A stretch of 64,000 nucleotides of DNA from Rhizophagus irregularis. Taxonomy: Eukaryota. A model generated the notes under the pieces. The model ran no database searches, was not told the origin of the DNA, and worked only from the letters and a program-made list of their open reading frames with translations. Of the stretch, positions 13,054 to 28,505 are shown in pieces. The position numbers and the translations under genes were made by a program. The stretch's first letter is position 1, and each line of letters starts with the position of its first letter. The stretch is taken from NCBI RefSeq assembly GCF_026210795.1, contig NC_089432.1:310001-374000 (forward strand), given 5' to 3'.

Positions 13054-16000
13054 CCCGTGTAAATCGTCAAAACCTAATACTTTTTTTGAAAATCATCTTT
13101 AAATTATTTTCGTCCGCAAATATTTTTTTTTTTTCGTTCGCTAATTTTAACGTCCTATATTACGTCCTAAGATAGTTCATTGATTCTTGATCATACTATC
13201 CTTAACATCTTTAATTTGTGGCTTTTTTCTATGAATTGATTTAGTATAATTGAAAACTTTTATGTATTAATAGTTTTTCACGGAGATGTTGAGAACTCCC
13301 TATAAATAGGTAAATTTACGTCTTCTTCACCAAATTTAATTCCCTTAAAAATTTTATTTCCAAAATTATTATGAAATAAATATTACATAAAACATCTGTA
13401 AGGAATTATCACAACCGCCCGTCATCTGTTACCCGAATTACTTGTTCATTCTTTTTCATTCAAATATACCAAAATGAATCAGCCTACACCATTTATGAGA
13501 AAGGTAATGAAAAGATAGTTTAAAACAACAATTGAAAATTATGAAACTTTTTTTTTTTTTTTTCTTTCACATAAACTTATCTAGAAATAATTTTAATCAT
13601 GTGTGGCTTTATTAAATAATTTTTTTTAAAAAAAACAATAAAAATATCTAATAATACATTATTATTTTTTTCTTAAAAAAAACATGGCTATGTTACAGTA
13701 TGTATATAATAAATTATTTTTTTTTTTTTAACATCTATTTTCTATTGTCAAATTAAATTTTTTTTTTCGTAACATTACAGTATTAGTTTTTATTAAGTTT
13801 AGAATAATTTTTTTTTTTTTTTTGCTGCTATTTTTGCATAATCCATATTTAGACATTATATAGGTCAAATGACGTAATTTATTATCCTATTTAGAATAAC
13901 ATAGAAATGACCATTTACTTTATTTGGAAATTTTTAATTACTCTATAATAAAGCCCTCCTAAAAACGATTTTAAAATAATCTTAAGTAATAAATTAGATA
14001 ATATTAAGAATAGAACAGAACAAAAAAAAATAAAATTAAAAATTAAAATATAAAATATAAAATACAAAATATAAAATACAAAATATTTAAAATATAAAAA
14101 TTATTTTTAATTATTTTAATTTATTTTAATTATCATTTTAAACGATCGGAAAATTCTTGGACTATTCGACTAGAACAAGGGATAACCAGAACAAGGGATA
14201 ACCAATCATATAACCAATCATATTTTTTATTATATTTTTATATTAAAACTAATAATATTTTTTAATAAAATACTTCATTAATTGGTTAAAAAATGATAAT
14301 AAGAATATTATTTGTTTAATTTTTTTGTTAAAAAAAGAACGACAAAATGATCGACCAAAATTGTCTGTTAATAGAAATGTGTATATGGTGCATATCATAA
14401 ATGTATATTAAAAAAATGTTGGTGACACAAGTATTTTAACACAACGTGATACAATTGTTCATCCAAATTATACCATGAAAATGCAAAAAAAACAATGAAA
14501 TCAATGAAATGTATATATGTAAATATTGATTTTAATAAAAAAAAAAAAAAGATATTCACTATGTCATTATCTTCATTATTTGACCATTTACAAGATTGTG
14601 TGACGGTAGCGGTTCAATATATACTACATATTGGGTTAGAATTTTATGTGGAATATAATTACGTACTCAAGAATCTAATAAAAAAAGATCGGTCAACTAC
14701 CAATAAAAAAATATATTATAATATATTGTTTTCTTTATTATAATCTTTTTTTGTTTTCAAGTCAGGTGGAAAATTGATTATCCTTTTTATTCTTTCTTTT
14801 CCTATATTATATATATATATATATATATATAAAAGATCAAATTCAATAAAATTCAATAAATTACAATAAATTTCAATAAATTACGATATATTTCACCGCA
14901 TAAGATCAATTGATACAAGAATTTTAGAATCATGTTCTTTTTTGCACGTTTAGTTTCAAACGTATAATACGCGTCATGATTATTTTTAGCGTACAAAGAA
15001 AAAATATTCTTGTGTTTTAAATATTTCGCCAAATTTTCTTAAATGGATATATAAAAAAAGTTTTACACGAGGAACGTTTTATTAAAAGCCACAAAAATCA
15101 TAACGAATTAAAATCCGAAACTAACCTAATAATTAGGTTTCGAACACGTAAAAATTGTGATTCGTCTCACCGTTCAAAAATAATCGATGCCCCTTCAATA
15201 TTCTAAGTTTGGTCATTAGGCTTATACATTATCTTTAAACTTAATCGATTATATTACACGTATAAATGTATAAAATGTATATATATGTATTTTAAGTTAT
15301 ATTTTAAGTTATATATTTTATATAATGTTGATATATAATGTTGATATATAATGTCATATATTATGTTGTATATTATACAATTATATAATTATTTTATTTA
15401 TTTATATGATCTCATCTAACGATAATACAGTATATATATATTTAACGTAATGCATATGTAAATTATTATAAAATATTATGTTCTAAACAAATATGAATAT
15501 GTCACATATGAAAAAAAAAAAACTTTATTTTGTTTATAATGTTTAGTTGTGAAACAATTAAGCTCCAAAAGTTTTACATCATAATGTTTACCGCATTTCA
15601 TTGTGAAAATTGCATAAGTTCTTAAAAATTCTGAGAACAAAGAATCATAAATAGTTTCAATGGAAACCAAATTAGAATATTAATTTATATTAATTATATT
15701 CATATAATGCAAAAAGAACTGAACAAAACTGAATGATTAATAATTTTACTTTTTTGATTTAAAAAAGAACAATAAATATGCAAAAAACGCGATAAGTTAT
15801 TTCATTTGTTTTATTAAGCTACACCTCGAAGGTATAGTTACAATGGGTCCTTGTATAGAAAATATAAATAATAAACTTTCTTTCTTTGTACTCGGAGAGA
15901 GTTTCAAATTTGGTAATTTTACGTCATAAGAACTTAAGATATTTTGGCTGATAATCTTTGTAACATGGGGTCAACGAAATTTATCAATAAAAAAAAAAAA

Positions 16001-17076
16001 ATATGTCAACTAAGAATAGAAAGAACATTACGTTGTTTTTATGTTGAATAAATTATTTTTTATTGCATGGATTTAAAATCTTTTTTAAAATATTATTTTT
16101 TTTTTTTGAACGGCCAATTGATTTTATTAAGAAATTATATTATCGGCTTTGTAAGCCCGATTTCTCTTTTTATTGAGATTTTTTTTTTGGCCAATAATCA
16201 AACCCAAAATAAAATTATTAATTAAACATTACAAAAAAAACTTATGACGAAATATTTTTTATTTGGTATCTGCGCACAACGAAATTCGTCATTACGCATA
16301 AATATTTGGTTATAAAAATTATAAAAATAACTTTATTGTGACACAAATGACGAAACGTGTTTGTATAATATACAGTCAATTTGATTAATTTGGGATTGAT
16401 CAAATATCAATAATATTAATGATCGTCGATATACATATATTCAAAACACAATATATATAGGTAACAAAAAATATATTATAATTAAAATATTATATATATA
16501 TACATATATAATATATATATTCTCGATAATGAATGATTTTTGATTGTTACATTAATATACATACATTAAAATTTCTTTCTTGTTGTTATATTAAAACAAA
16601 AAATGAACCAAAACAAATCTGGAAGAATATAATTGATAAGCCTACACAAAAATATTTTAATGATGAATTTGTTTTCTACATTTGGATTAATTGATTTCGT
16701 TTGTTTATGCAGAAAAAAAAAGGAACTAAAAAACTAAAAAAAAACGAGTTTTTTTTTAAAGATTTTTTTTTTATTTCAGTTGTACTATTCCAAAAAAAAA
16801 AAATAAAACTTCCTTTTGATAATCAGATGTATCAGTTAGATTAACGAATTCCTGTTAATATCTTGACATAATACTGATAAGCTGAAACTTTAAAAAAGTA
16901 CAATATAAATATCCTATCGAAAAGTCCTTCTTCCCACCTAAAAAAATTTTCTACAATTTTTTTTTAAAAAAAATTTTTTTTTGTTTTTAAAATTATATAA
17001 TATAATTAATTTTTTTCTTCAAATATATATATATTTTTTTTTATCAAAAAAAAAAAAAAAAAACAAATAAAACAAA

Positions 17077-17922
17077 ATGAAATATCCAAAGATTGAAACA
17101 ATGAAAATGACTTGTCAATCTTCAAACACAAATACAAAAATTGCACTCCCATTTCCGCCAATTATTAAGGCAATCGATATTGTAAATAGACGTAAACCTT
17201 CTAGATTCAAGTCAAAAAGTCCAAACGCATTTTTAATTTATCGTAAAGCATTTTTAAACGAACTCAATCGACAAAATCATAATCTTAGAATGACTGATGT
17301 TTCTAAGCTAGTAAGCAATTATTGGAAAGGTGAACCAGATAATGTAAAAGATGCCTATCGTAAAATAGCTCAAGAAGTAGAAGTTGAATTAAACGAAAAA
17401 CGTAAAAAAACCGCATCATACAAAATTGTATGGAAAAATTCTAAATATTCTTCTCGCAAACGAAATCAATGCGAAAAGATAAAGAAAGATAAATCCGAAG
17501 TTAATACAAAGTTCAGACCGGCCGTTTCTTCTAATGACAAGATATTTTATCAATTTGTACCCGTCGATACCGAATTTACTTCAAAACCATCAAAAAGGAA
17601 CAATAAAGAAAATAAACCGTCTTCCGTTGAACCAAAAATTCCGTCGTGTAACATATCGGAGAATCCGAATTCTCAAAACATCGAATCAAATTATACTCAA
17701 GAATCGAACGATATTTACGATAATCCAGATTTGGATTTGAATCTTAACGTTAATCAATTTACGCCGTCTTATAATATACAATTCGAACAATTTGAGGAAA
17801 ATCCCGTAACAAACATAGAAGAATACATTTTCAGCGAAGAAAATGTCGATCAATTATTATATTTCCAAAATTTCCAAAATTTAAACCTTCCATATTTTAA
17901 CCCACCACCTTTATATATGTAA
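17077..17922 (+). CDS. HMG-box (MATA_HMG-type) transcription factor, 281 aa
   Basis: PFPP motif then SPNAFLIYRK...MTDVSKLVSNYWKGEPDNVKDAYRKIA HMG box; acidic/Asn-rich C-terminus; intronless. Confidence 0.9.
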   Translation: MKYPKIETMKMTCQSSNTNTKIALPFPPIIKAIDIVNRRKPSRFKSKSPNAFLIYRKAFLNELNRQNHNLRMTDVSKLVSNYWKGEPDNVKDAYRKIAQEVEVELNEKRKKTASYKIVWKNSKYSSRKRNQCEKIKKDKSEVNTKFRPAVSSNDKIFYQFVPVDTEFTSKPSKRNNKENKPSSVEPKIPSCNISENPNSQNIESNYTQESNDIYDNPDLDLNLNVNQFTPSYNIQFEQFEENPVTNIEEYIFSEENVDQLLYFQNFQNLNLPYFNPPPLYM

Positions 17923-18138
17923 GCTTATTTACTTTTAATTAATACTTGTAAAATATCGTAAAAACAAAAAAATTCAATTAGTTTATTTTAATATTCATTG
18001 TAAAATTGTAAATATTTTTTTTATTTTATTTTATTCCTTTTGTTTGTATTTTTATTTTTTATTTTTTATTTTTTATTTTTATTTTATTTATTTTTTTTTT
18101 TTTATTTTGTGTTTTGTGTTATAAAAATTCAATTGTAA

Positions 18139-18169
<31 letters not shown>

Positions 18170-21100
18170 AATTTAAAAAAAAAAGCATACATGAGTAATA
18201 TGCAAATCATCTATCACATAATTGTTGAATAAAAAGTTCCTTAAATTATAACATTTGGAGATTTTCCTGTTTATGTTTGCATTACAAGATACAACACCTG
18301 CATTTTCTATTATTTTTTACCTAATCTGTATATAAACAAATGATGAAATACCAAACATCAACGTGAGCACTAGACCGATTTTGAACAACGTAACCAGACA
18401 TTTTTTTTCTTTTGATGAAGAATTATAGGAACAATATGTAAATATTAAGTGAATGCCTAATCCCAGAAATATAAATTTAGTGGTCAGGTGCAACTACTAT
18501 TAAAATGTACGTACAGATATCATTCATGTTCTAAAAAAAGCAATAAAAATTTTTGCATTCATTATCCAAAAAAGGAAAAAGCTAAATAATTATTTTTTAC
18601 GAAAACTCGAACTTGGAGCGTATATTTCTGGTTCTTGAAATGTACAATTTCTCGAAATAAGATTTTTTTATATATTGAGAAATATGGAGTAATATGGAGA
18701 AATATGGAGAAATGTTATTTTATAATGAGAATTTCGACAATTAATTAAACATAATAAAAACAATAAAATTCAATAAAATTAAAAATTCTGAATAACAATG
18801 AACTATACTAAAATAATCGTAACCTTAGGTATTTACTAAGTGTAGCATAAAGCATGTGCAGTAAACATACTATATTTAGCTATCAAACTTACCGAAATTA
18901 AATGCCTTGTTTTAGTATGATCGACACATCAAATTTAGTACAGCATTCTTTTCTTTTTTATGCTAAAAATACGATTCAATATGAGTTACATGACCAAAAA
19001 TTTTTTTGAATTAAATTTAACTCTTTTAAGTTATTAAAAAATAATTATTGATTGGTGAATATTTGATATTGAAATTATTAGTAAAAAAATTTGTCTGCAT
19101 TCTTTCAATTTCATTTTTACTTTTTTTTTTTGCCATTTTTTTTTTCTTTCTAGAATTCTATAATTAGATTAGTTTTTATCAACCCGTTTGTCTATTTGTA
19201 ACAAAAAATTTATTTTTCTGTAATAATTTATTTTTGTCCAAACGTTTTTTTCGTTACATGTTCATATTTTTCATTAGAAGCTCCGTTAGTCCGTTTATCA
19301 AATCTCGGATCAACGTTTTTTCTACGACACTGCATTTTGACGCAAAATGTTTTTTTTACCGCCCAACCAGTACGTGCATGACTTAATTGACCTATCGTGC
19401 ATAATACCCCTTCCATAAATAATAAATGTAGCATCCGTTCACCCCTAATCATTGAAAAAATTAACGCAAAAAATATTATATTTATTTATTTATAGTTTTT
19501 TTATTTTATTTTTATTATCATCTTTCAAAATAAATTACATTCTTGGTATTTATTAAAGTTCATTATTTGTATTATTTGTCAAATTTAAACTAAATAAACA
19601 AATAAATAATAATCTCTTTTTTACTATGGCCAAAGAAAAAAGCCGTAACCCGCCGAAATTTTTTACACGTGATGATATTAATATTTAGATTTTATTTACA
19701 TAATTTCATATCTCATATCTATATAATATCATCCTTTCCCATGAATGTATATACCCGGATATTCATATAATGAATTTCTAATATAATAATAATTTCCCCC
19801 TGAAATTTTTTGTGGAATGTTATTTATGTTATAGTACCCGGGTTATTATAATTTATTATAATAAAGAACGCTTTTTGTTCCTCATGTATGACTAAGATCA
19901 CCGCATCTTTGATAAATTCAGTATTATAACAATCGTTGGTAAAAAAGATCATTTTTTTTTTTAAAAAAAAAAGAAAATTCATTACGTATTATTTATTTTT
20001 TGTAATACGAAAAAATATTATTTACACACACCTCCCTGTGTCATTTAAATATTTTTGGCGTTTAATTGAGAATATAAAAATTTTACATTGTTTTGTCTAA
20101 TATAACTATAAAAATATGTAATATATAAATTAATTGTAAAAATGTTGCAAATATTTAATAATATTAACTAATAAGATATTATTTACTAATTTTAAAGAAT
20201 AAAAAAGAATAAAAAAAAGAATAAAAAGAATAAACAAAGAATAAAAAGAATGAAAATATTTATATTATAGTTTTTTTTTTCTTTTTATATTAAAAAAAAA
20301 ATTATTATTTTGGTCATCTGATTCATTTTTATTTTATTTTATAACACAAAAAGTAAAATTAACTTTCTTTTTTCAGTTTCGGTACCCATCTCGAATTTTT
20401 TTTTAGAACAGGTTTATATTGGCGTATCTCATTTTCCAAATTTAACTCTATTTTATTATTATTTGTTTTATCGATAACCATCAATCCCAATTCATTTTTA
20501 TAAAAATATCAAAATATCAGATACGTATTACAAAATCTAACTGGATGTAGTTCGGGCCAAATTCATATTGAACGGCCGAAATTTATGAAATATAACGTTG
20601 ACCAGAATTAACGTCCAGTGATTATTTATTTTGTTTATTTATTTTACGGCTAGCAATAATCCAGTGATTATATGGCGCAGCAATCATATTATTCACATAT
20701 CGCATATCATGTGACTACGCATACCGCCAAATGAAATTATAGCTTCTAGCAACATTATAGACTCTTGGCCAGCATTAAGAATATAATCTAGACATGAACA
20801 CACAGTAATACAAAATGTCCCGTTATCCGCCCATGACGATAGGTGATTGGTCCGGTCATTGCAAACGCAAAAATAAAAGATTAGTGTTCGGAATAAATTA
20901 GGTGATATTCAAATGGCTGATCCAAGAAATATCTTCTCTGGAGTTAGTGTTGGTCTCTGTGAATAGTTGTGTCCAAAAGTAAAGTAAATATAACGGTTGT
21001 AAATCAGAATTACCATCTTTAGCTAACCACAATAGTGCAGTATTTACAGTAAATTTACAGCTTATGTTTATTATATTACAACCGCTAAAGGTTGTAATTC

Positions 21101-21619
21101 GATATATAATAATAATCTTTACTTACGGCAACCAGCCTTATCTGGAGTCAATCCCTTCTATAGCAGTTGATTCAAATCTGGTATCATATAATTTCATGTG
21201 CCATGCCAATATACCATGCAAATAACTCATAGTCGGTAGATTTTTTGCGTCTTCAAAGTATAGTTGCAAGATCGGTTTTGAGGATTCGGAAGGGAGTTGG
21301 CAAATAAAGTCATTTTTACGTTATCCTATACAAATAATAATGAGAAACAAGCTATTGTACACTTTAGTTTGTGATACTGTGAATTTTTTAGTTGCAAAAA
21401 ATTTGCATTTAAACCTTTAAAATACTAAACAAACTTTTAGTTGTATAGTGTTCAACTGAAGATCTGCAGAAATGGTGGCGTCAATCAAGTAAATATGGCA
21501 GGAATTCCCCAACCATTTTTGACTGGGGCGATGATATCCCATTTCTTGCGAAACTTAGACTATATTTGCAAAACCAAGGTGTAGATCCAGCAGATACAGC
21601 AGTAGATCCACCAACAGGA

Positions 21620-21825
21620 AAATGGTGGCGTCAAATAAAAGTAAAAAATTATGTGAGAAATTTATTTTAAAAAACAAACTATTTGAAACTTTGTGATAAA
21701 TATTATGTATTAAATATGTAAGTGTTGAATGGGTTCACATAAAGAGCATTACTCAAGGGTATCAGAAAAAGGTTACTGATGATCATATATGAATTTTTTG
21801 CATTTGACTTACGGATCACGAATAA
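21620..21825 (+). repeat. Dispersed repeat, second copy at ~61960-62195 (probable transposon end)
   Basis: Shared blocks CGTCAAATAAAAGTAAAAAATTATGTGA, CATAAAGAGCATTACT, AGGGTATC, TTGACTYACGGATYACGAAT. Confidence 0.7.
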
Positions 21826-22356
21826 ATAGCGATCAACAGAAATTTGGAATAATTTTAAATTATTACCCGATCTTTCTCTCTCAAACCATTTGGCAGCTTT
21901 ACCTTTTAGGCATGTTTAAAGAAGCCGAGAGCGCCAAATTATTGTCGGAGGCAGTTAGTTTATTACATTACTCAGTTTATAATATTTTGATTATTTGTAA
22001 TTCAATTAAATAATTTTAATTTATAATAATTATTACAATAACTACTCTTAATAGAAAATTTTTATGATTGCAAATTTTCTTTAAAATCTTTTTTTGATCG
22101 TCACGACGTCACGAACTTCGAAATGTTGATCATCATGTGAAATTGAACCAATTATCACATAAGTGATATAAACGTGAACGTGTTAAATTGGTCATAGATT
22201 TGCCCGTTTAACTCATTAAATTATAAAAATCACAAAAAAACCATTTTTTAATTTAATTAAAGAAATAATTTTTTTAAATCAAAATAATCGACTTACTATC
22301 AAGAATTGATTTCGATTAAAAATTTAAAATTCAATTTTCCTAATTTTTGTCGATGA

Positions 22357-22506
22357 TTGTTGCTAATATTAACCGGGGAGAAAATTAACCGGGTAAGGAA
22401 TTACGTTAATTCTGTTAATTCTGGTACAATCCAGTTTTGAAGCTTGACTAGGAATTATGCAATTCTGCCCGCCGGTTAATTTTCGCCCCAGTTAAATGTT
22501 TAACAA
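22357..22506. repeat. Short inverted-repeat element (MITE-like, ~150 bp)
   Basis: TTAACCGGGGAGAAAATTAACCGG mirrored by CCGGTTAATTTTCGCCCCAGTTAA. Confidence 0.55.
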
Positions 22507-24704
22507 TTATATACCTATAAATTTATTTTGATTTTCTTTGAATAAACATATTTAATTTGCCTTTGATTAAGAATCAATTGTCTTTCAGTTAAAAATTGAA
22601 TTCTCTTCAGGAATCAATATTTAATTCAGATTATAATTTTTAAACGAAAAAAAAACTTACGGTTAAAATTAAGTTTTTTTACGATTCAAGGATACTACTT
22701 TTACGGAAATATCTGGTTTATTAAATTTAATAATATTATTTTCAACTTTTATTTTCATATTTGAAATGCATCACGAAAATAAGGCGAGCAAACTTTTAAT
22801 ATAAAAGAATGCAAACGAAAAATCTTTGTGTTTGCTTCTTCTCCAACTAATACTTCTATATCATAAAATTCACCAATTTTTTACGATTAGCTAAATATTA
22901 CCAGTGGTGACGGTGAATTTATGATGCAATGGCGGCTTATTAGATTTTTAATTTTGGCCAAAAGTACATTATAATGCTGGTGTGGTGACCATCATCACTT
23001 GGTGAGCTTTAGCAATTTTCTTAATTTTTATGATTAAAATTAAATTTTTTCGACTAGAATTCAATTTTTTCATATGGGCTAATCTACAGAATCGCCCAAA
23101 ATTAAGGATTGTAAAATTTAGAGGCATTAGATAAACCAATAAATCACGTGAATATTTAAGCACGTGAAAAACTGAAAATCAGCGAAAAATCAAAAAAAAA
23201 ATGTTTAACTAGCTCAGATTATTATTGCCGACCAGACTTTCACATATATATATCTGGAAGAATCTAAGAATCTGGTAACGGAACGGCCGCAGTTTTTTAT
23301 TTAAGCTGTGTACCAGTAACTTCTTAACACCACAGTTATATTTATGAACGGGAAAATAAATGGATTGGTGAAATTTGGTTTGTCAAACATTAGAGTAATG
23401 ATTTTATAAATGATGTCCAATTTGGTAAACATCAACAAATCCAACTTTGTTTCTATGCGTTCTTTTGAACAACTGTTGTTGCCAGTTCTTTACATTTAAT
23501 AAAAATTAAACTATATATTTTATCGTGCGTAAGCAGAAGGTTATTATTATATATTAAAAAGGTATATACTTAAATTAAGTCAATCACGGTCAATAAAATA
23601 AACACAAATTCACCGAAATCTATCGTTGATCCAATCAGATGTAAACAAAGTGTAGCACTCCTGGCATATACGATCAGACACAAATAAAGGACAACAAAAA
23701 TACAACAACAAAAAAAAAAAAAAAAAAATAGAAAAGGAAGACGAAGCAACTGGATGTGAAAATATGGGCTTTATTATATATAAAAATGTCAAGTTATCTC
23801 TCTTTTTTAATCTTTACAAAACTTCATATCTATATTAATTTTTTAATAATAAAAACTATTAAATATATTTGTTTTAGGAAATGTAAATCATTAATTATTT
23901 GAAAGGTTACTTAGAATTTTTAGAATATTTTTTTGCAAGGTTTCTTGAAAATCAAAATCTAAGGATTATGAATTATTTGAATCTAAATTAATGAAAATTT
24001 CATCTCCAAAATTATTCTTTCATGTTAATTGGCGATTCTTTTTTGAGTATTTTTTACATATTCAGTTGGTATACCGCCACACACCACCTTTCTTTCTTTT
24101 ACGAAATATTTTTCTAATAAATTGTTAATATGTCATATCAATAACAAAATAAGGTTTGTAAAGGATGTCATTATACTAGAGAAAGTTGTGAATTTTTTAA
24201 TGAAAAAGGAATTATTTTGAAAATGTTGCAAACGCTAAAATAATATTACAAGATCACATTCAATAAAAAAAACAGAAAATCTGTCGCGACAATTAGTTAT
24301 GCAGGATATAACAGAAACCATATATAATTCCTTAACCTCTTATAAATAATACTAATAAACTTTACCAACCCATCGCCAACTGTGCTACGGTGGTGAAGGA
24401 AAAAATACTGAACTAAGCATGAGTTTAAATATTTTAATTGTGAAATTTGATGCTATATAGTAACTCTTATATAAGAGGGTGATGGTTACATACAGGTTTA
24501 CATATTAAATCAGAAAAAGGACACACTTCTTTTGACATAGCATGTTTAATAATATTTCGTATTTGTAATGCATAGGAACAAACTATTTAGCGTTAATTAT
24601 ATTTACAGTACATATAAAATATATGCTCTTTTATTATATCTTAGTAGTTTATTATAATAACTAAATAATAAAATTAAAAGTACGTAAAATAATTGTATAA
24701 CATT

Positions 24705-24835
24705 TTTTTCTAACTATCACTGGAGGTGATGATCACCGGTGACTGAAATTATGATAATCGACCAGCATTAAAAAAAATATAGTGCCGGTAAAAATTGATA
24801 ATTCTGGCCAACGGTGACAGTGATTTGAAATAAAA
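24705..24835 (+). repeat. Short dispersed repeat, near-identical copy at 29733-29870
   Basis: Shared GGTGATGATCACCGGTGACTGAAATTATGAT...AAAAATTGATAATTCTGGCCAACGGTGA; the second copy has inverted ends ATCACCGGGG...CCCCGGTGAT. Confidence 0.7.
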
Positions 24836-25102
24836 ACCATAAAAAAATACAATCACGATAAAATAAAATCACCAAAAATAATTCAACACAAATTTTTTTT
24901 TAGTTAACAGACCAAAAATTTTTCAGGTTTAATTATACAACTTTATTCTAGGGTAGCGTAAATTTAGTTAATATAAATTTGTATAACTATACTACTTTCA
25001 TAGGTAAAATAGCTTTTTTTTTAATCAATATTTTTATTTTTATTTTAAACAGATAGACAGCAACGGAGGTGCTACAAATTTTGGAGTTGAACGCTTTACA
25101 AA

Positions 25103-25454
25103 TTTTTTTATTTTATTTATTTTATTTTATGTGAAGTTGGCAAGGCGCACAAAAAGATATGAATAAGTAAACGAAAGTTACTAATCTACATAGAACCTGT
25201 CATCCGTCAAGGCCATAACCAGGACGAACCCTTACTTCTAATTAAATGAGAAACCAGACCAGCTCCCTACCACTACCGATAAGGAACAGTGAGCATCCGG
25301 GGTATGAAAAAGAGAAAAACCCAATCTAAAAAAAATATTTTAAGATCCGTATTATTCTTTCAGTAAAAATACTGCCACCTGTAAATACTGTCATAGGTGG
25401 AATGGTTAACACTATTCTGATTGGTAAAAAGGGTATAACTATTAAACTATAAGG
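25103..25454 (-). mobile_element. Truncated non-LTR retroelement 3' end
   Basis: (TTTTA)n tail at 25103-25130 (A-rich on minus), GC-richer body, candidate TSD TTTACAAA at 25095-25102 and 25455-25462. Confidence 0.55.
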
Positions 25455-26992
25455 TTTACAAAAATTGAATACAGGAATAGAAAATATTTCTATATAAAAG
25501 GGGTATCTGGACAAAATTTTTTTAACGTTAATCAATAAATAATAAATAAATATGTGGAGGTCAGGTGATTTCAGAAATTTTACTATTTGCTATACGCATG
25601 TTTTTCAGAGCCGAAATTATGCTAAAGTCGGTCAGTTACTAAAATAGGTAATAAATTTTGATTGGCATTATCTAAAATATCTAAAAAAGGAAGGATCTAC
25701 GCGATTTTTTTTTTTTTTGGTCATACTCGCGTCTGAATCGCACAATAAAGGTCACTCATAGTAAACTTTTTTTTTACTAATGAAACTACTTTTTATTCCA
25801 TAAATAAACTTGTATGCAATAATAAATTACATATATTATAAAAATTTTATACATACCTATTTGATTTATATAAAATAGATATATTATAAGATTTGCTTGT
25901 ACTTTTGAATGAAGTGCTTTTCACGAGTTTGAGCTTAATAATAAGTTTATTAAATATATTAAAAAATATGTAATCATAAAACATTAAATTGATTAAGTCT
26001 GGAAATTTATAACAATTATATATCATAAGTGACGCGCGTCAGTATATCTGGTGCACAACATATACATTTCTTTCAAATTTCATCCAATCTTTTTAGTAAT
26101 TTTTTAAATTTTCTTTATAATCAGAATTTCAGTGAGCCCCAAATTTCCCCGCTCACGTGATCCTATGTTTATTTATCACAAGTCATCACACCAATGACCA
26201 ATCTCCGGGCATGAAATACTATTTATCTGATGAGCACTTGAGACTTGAGTAGCGGAAAATTTATGTCACTTGTTTTCGTCACGCCAAATTTTCACGTATT
26301 ACTGCATAATGCTGTGTGTGGAGAATTTTGAGGGATCGCTATACGAGTTTCAGAGTTTGTTCGTTGCGTCACATTCTTACAACATTTCATTATTATAATT
26401 TATTACGCTGAAAAATTATTGTAACTACTTATTCTAACAATACTACGTGATTAAATCTGTCCAATCGGAAATTCAGAATGCTAATAATTGTGATATTAAT
26501 CGTTGCAAAGCACAATAACTTACAAGTAAAAAAATTCAATATATTCAAATGTACAAATATAAGTTCACCACCAAAATATTCAGGTAATATTAACTGTAGC
26601 CTCTTTTATTTAGTTTTTGACGTAGGTAAACGTAGGTAAGCAAAAAAAAATCATTCTTGTATTGGATGTATTAAATAATTTAATTAAAATAATAAAATCA
26701 CAATTGTTGTATAATAAGTCAAAGTGTATAAGAAAAATATTTTGGATTTATTCAACAAATTAGTTCGCAATCTAATAATTTATTAAAACTTCAAGAATTT
26801 TGTACAAATAATGGTTCAATCTCCTGAAAAAATATTCTTTCACATCACTTTCTGAAAAATCTTCAATTATTTGTAATCATCTATGAAAAAAGATAAGAGA
26901 AATTGAACATTTTTCATTAGAAAATTATGAAGTATTTCAAATCATAGATAGCCGAGATGAATAATATCGGATTTGTCTCCTTTACGACAGAG

Positions 26993-27900
26993 TAGTGTTC
27001 CAATCCGTTAAACCGCTATACGTCGGATTACGGATATCCGTCAAAAAATTCGGATTTTCGAAATCGAATAATTGAATAATGGCATCATTCAAACTTGTCC
27101 ATCAATAATATCATATAAATTTGTTTTTATCCGATCCGATTATCCTTCGGATATCCGTTGTAAGGGTTGAAATTATCTAGTGAATTTATTAATTACAGGG
27201 AGCAGTGTTATATTTAGTTTAGGTGTATAAATTTTTTTATTTTATGTATAACGTGTAACGTCCGTAATTGACGTTAAACTATTCTGAAATTGAAATATAT
27301 TTGAAATTAACTTATTTAGAAATAGAAATTTTAGAGATTATATTTTATTTATATTTTAAGAGGGGATTTTTGAACCAATTATTTCATCGGAATTTGTATA
27401 AGGAATTTTTGATATAATTATTTACTTTCTTAATGGGAAGCCTAGATTAACAATGATCGTCGTGTATAAATAGACTTTAATTCTAACCATTTGAGGGAAT
27501 TAATTTTTAAATATTCGATTCTTTTTGCCTTTTCTTATGATGAAAAAGTGCCTCATTAATTATTTTAATTAATGAATTATAGATTAGTTACTATGAAGAG
27601 AAACTATCGCATTTTTAGTTTAGGAATTAAGAAATTACCTTTTTCATTTTTAATTAATTCGTTATATTAGTTTAAAATTCAAGAAATTAATCTTAATAAT
27701 TTTTAACCAAGCATTTTTATGATTTATTATAGAATATTGTATAACTTTGCATTACTTAATAAAGGATTATTTTTATAGCTCAAGGTGGCAACGTCTTATA
27801 TGACGAGTCTTGCACCGTCAAATATCCGGAATCTGGCAGATTTTTCGGATGACGGATGATGATCAGATCAGATAAACAGATTACGGATGTCTTCAGATCG
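26993..27900. mobile_element. Decayed MITE (hAT-like) with ATCCG/CGGAT subterminal repeats
   Basis: Clusters of ATCCG/CGGAT at 27000-27160 and 27820-27900; right terminus not identified. Confidence 0.4.
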
Positions 27901-28085
27901 ATAGAGGTGATTTTAAGAGATTTTGAATATATCTACGTTTTTGAAACTCAAGTTATTAAATGTAGAATAGAACAAAAATCTACATAGTAATTGTTATTAG
28001 AGAGTGAGAGTATGTCTTATAATTAAGAAATTTGTATATCTTTCACATATTTTTAAATAGAATTTGAATTTAAATTTATTTAATT

Positions 28086-28339
28086 TAAAGGTTGGAACCG
28101 GCCAAAAAAATTTTAACCGATTAAAAACCGATGAACCAAAGCCTTAATCTGACTAATTAATCGATTAATATTAAAAAAAAAAATTCAATTTTTTTTTTGA
28201 CTGCAACTTTTTACTCATATATTTAGCTGTATTAAAGTCATATTTTAATCATACGAACCAAAATTTCACATTTGACTAGAATTTTTTAGATAATTTAATT
28301 GATTTTTGCACTCTTAATCGATTAAGCTCACAACCTCTA
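28086..28339. mobile_element. hAT-type MITE
   Basis: TARAGGTTG...CAACCTCTA ends; 8-bp TSD ATTTAATT/ATTTAACT; AACCGATTAA internal repeats. Confidence 0.55.
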
Positions 28340-28505
28340 ATTTAACTGTAAATATAGGAACTTTTTATCCTACCCATTTCTGCAAAAAAAAATCTGTTAT
28401 TTCAGAAGGACTAGGTTCATGTCAAATACTTATCAATATTACTAAAAATTACATATATAAAATTTTAGTTTAAAAACTAATAAAATCATAAAATTTTTTT
28501 TATTA

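Noticed and set aside
13100..17000. Short ORFs and AT/poly-A runs between the kinase and HMG genes
   Set aside because: Consistent with ordinary AT-rich intergenic DNA; ORFs are compositional noise
17077..17922. HMG-box gene as a mating-type locus
   Set aside because: MATA_HMG genes are highly expanded in AM fungi, whose proposed MAT locus is homeodomain-based; no MAT-linked neighbours here
26228..26270. CTGATGA-stem-GGAAA resembling a hammerhead ribozyme core
   Set aside because: Extra G before GAAA and no convincing stems I/III or cleavage triplet
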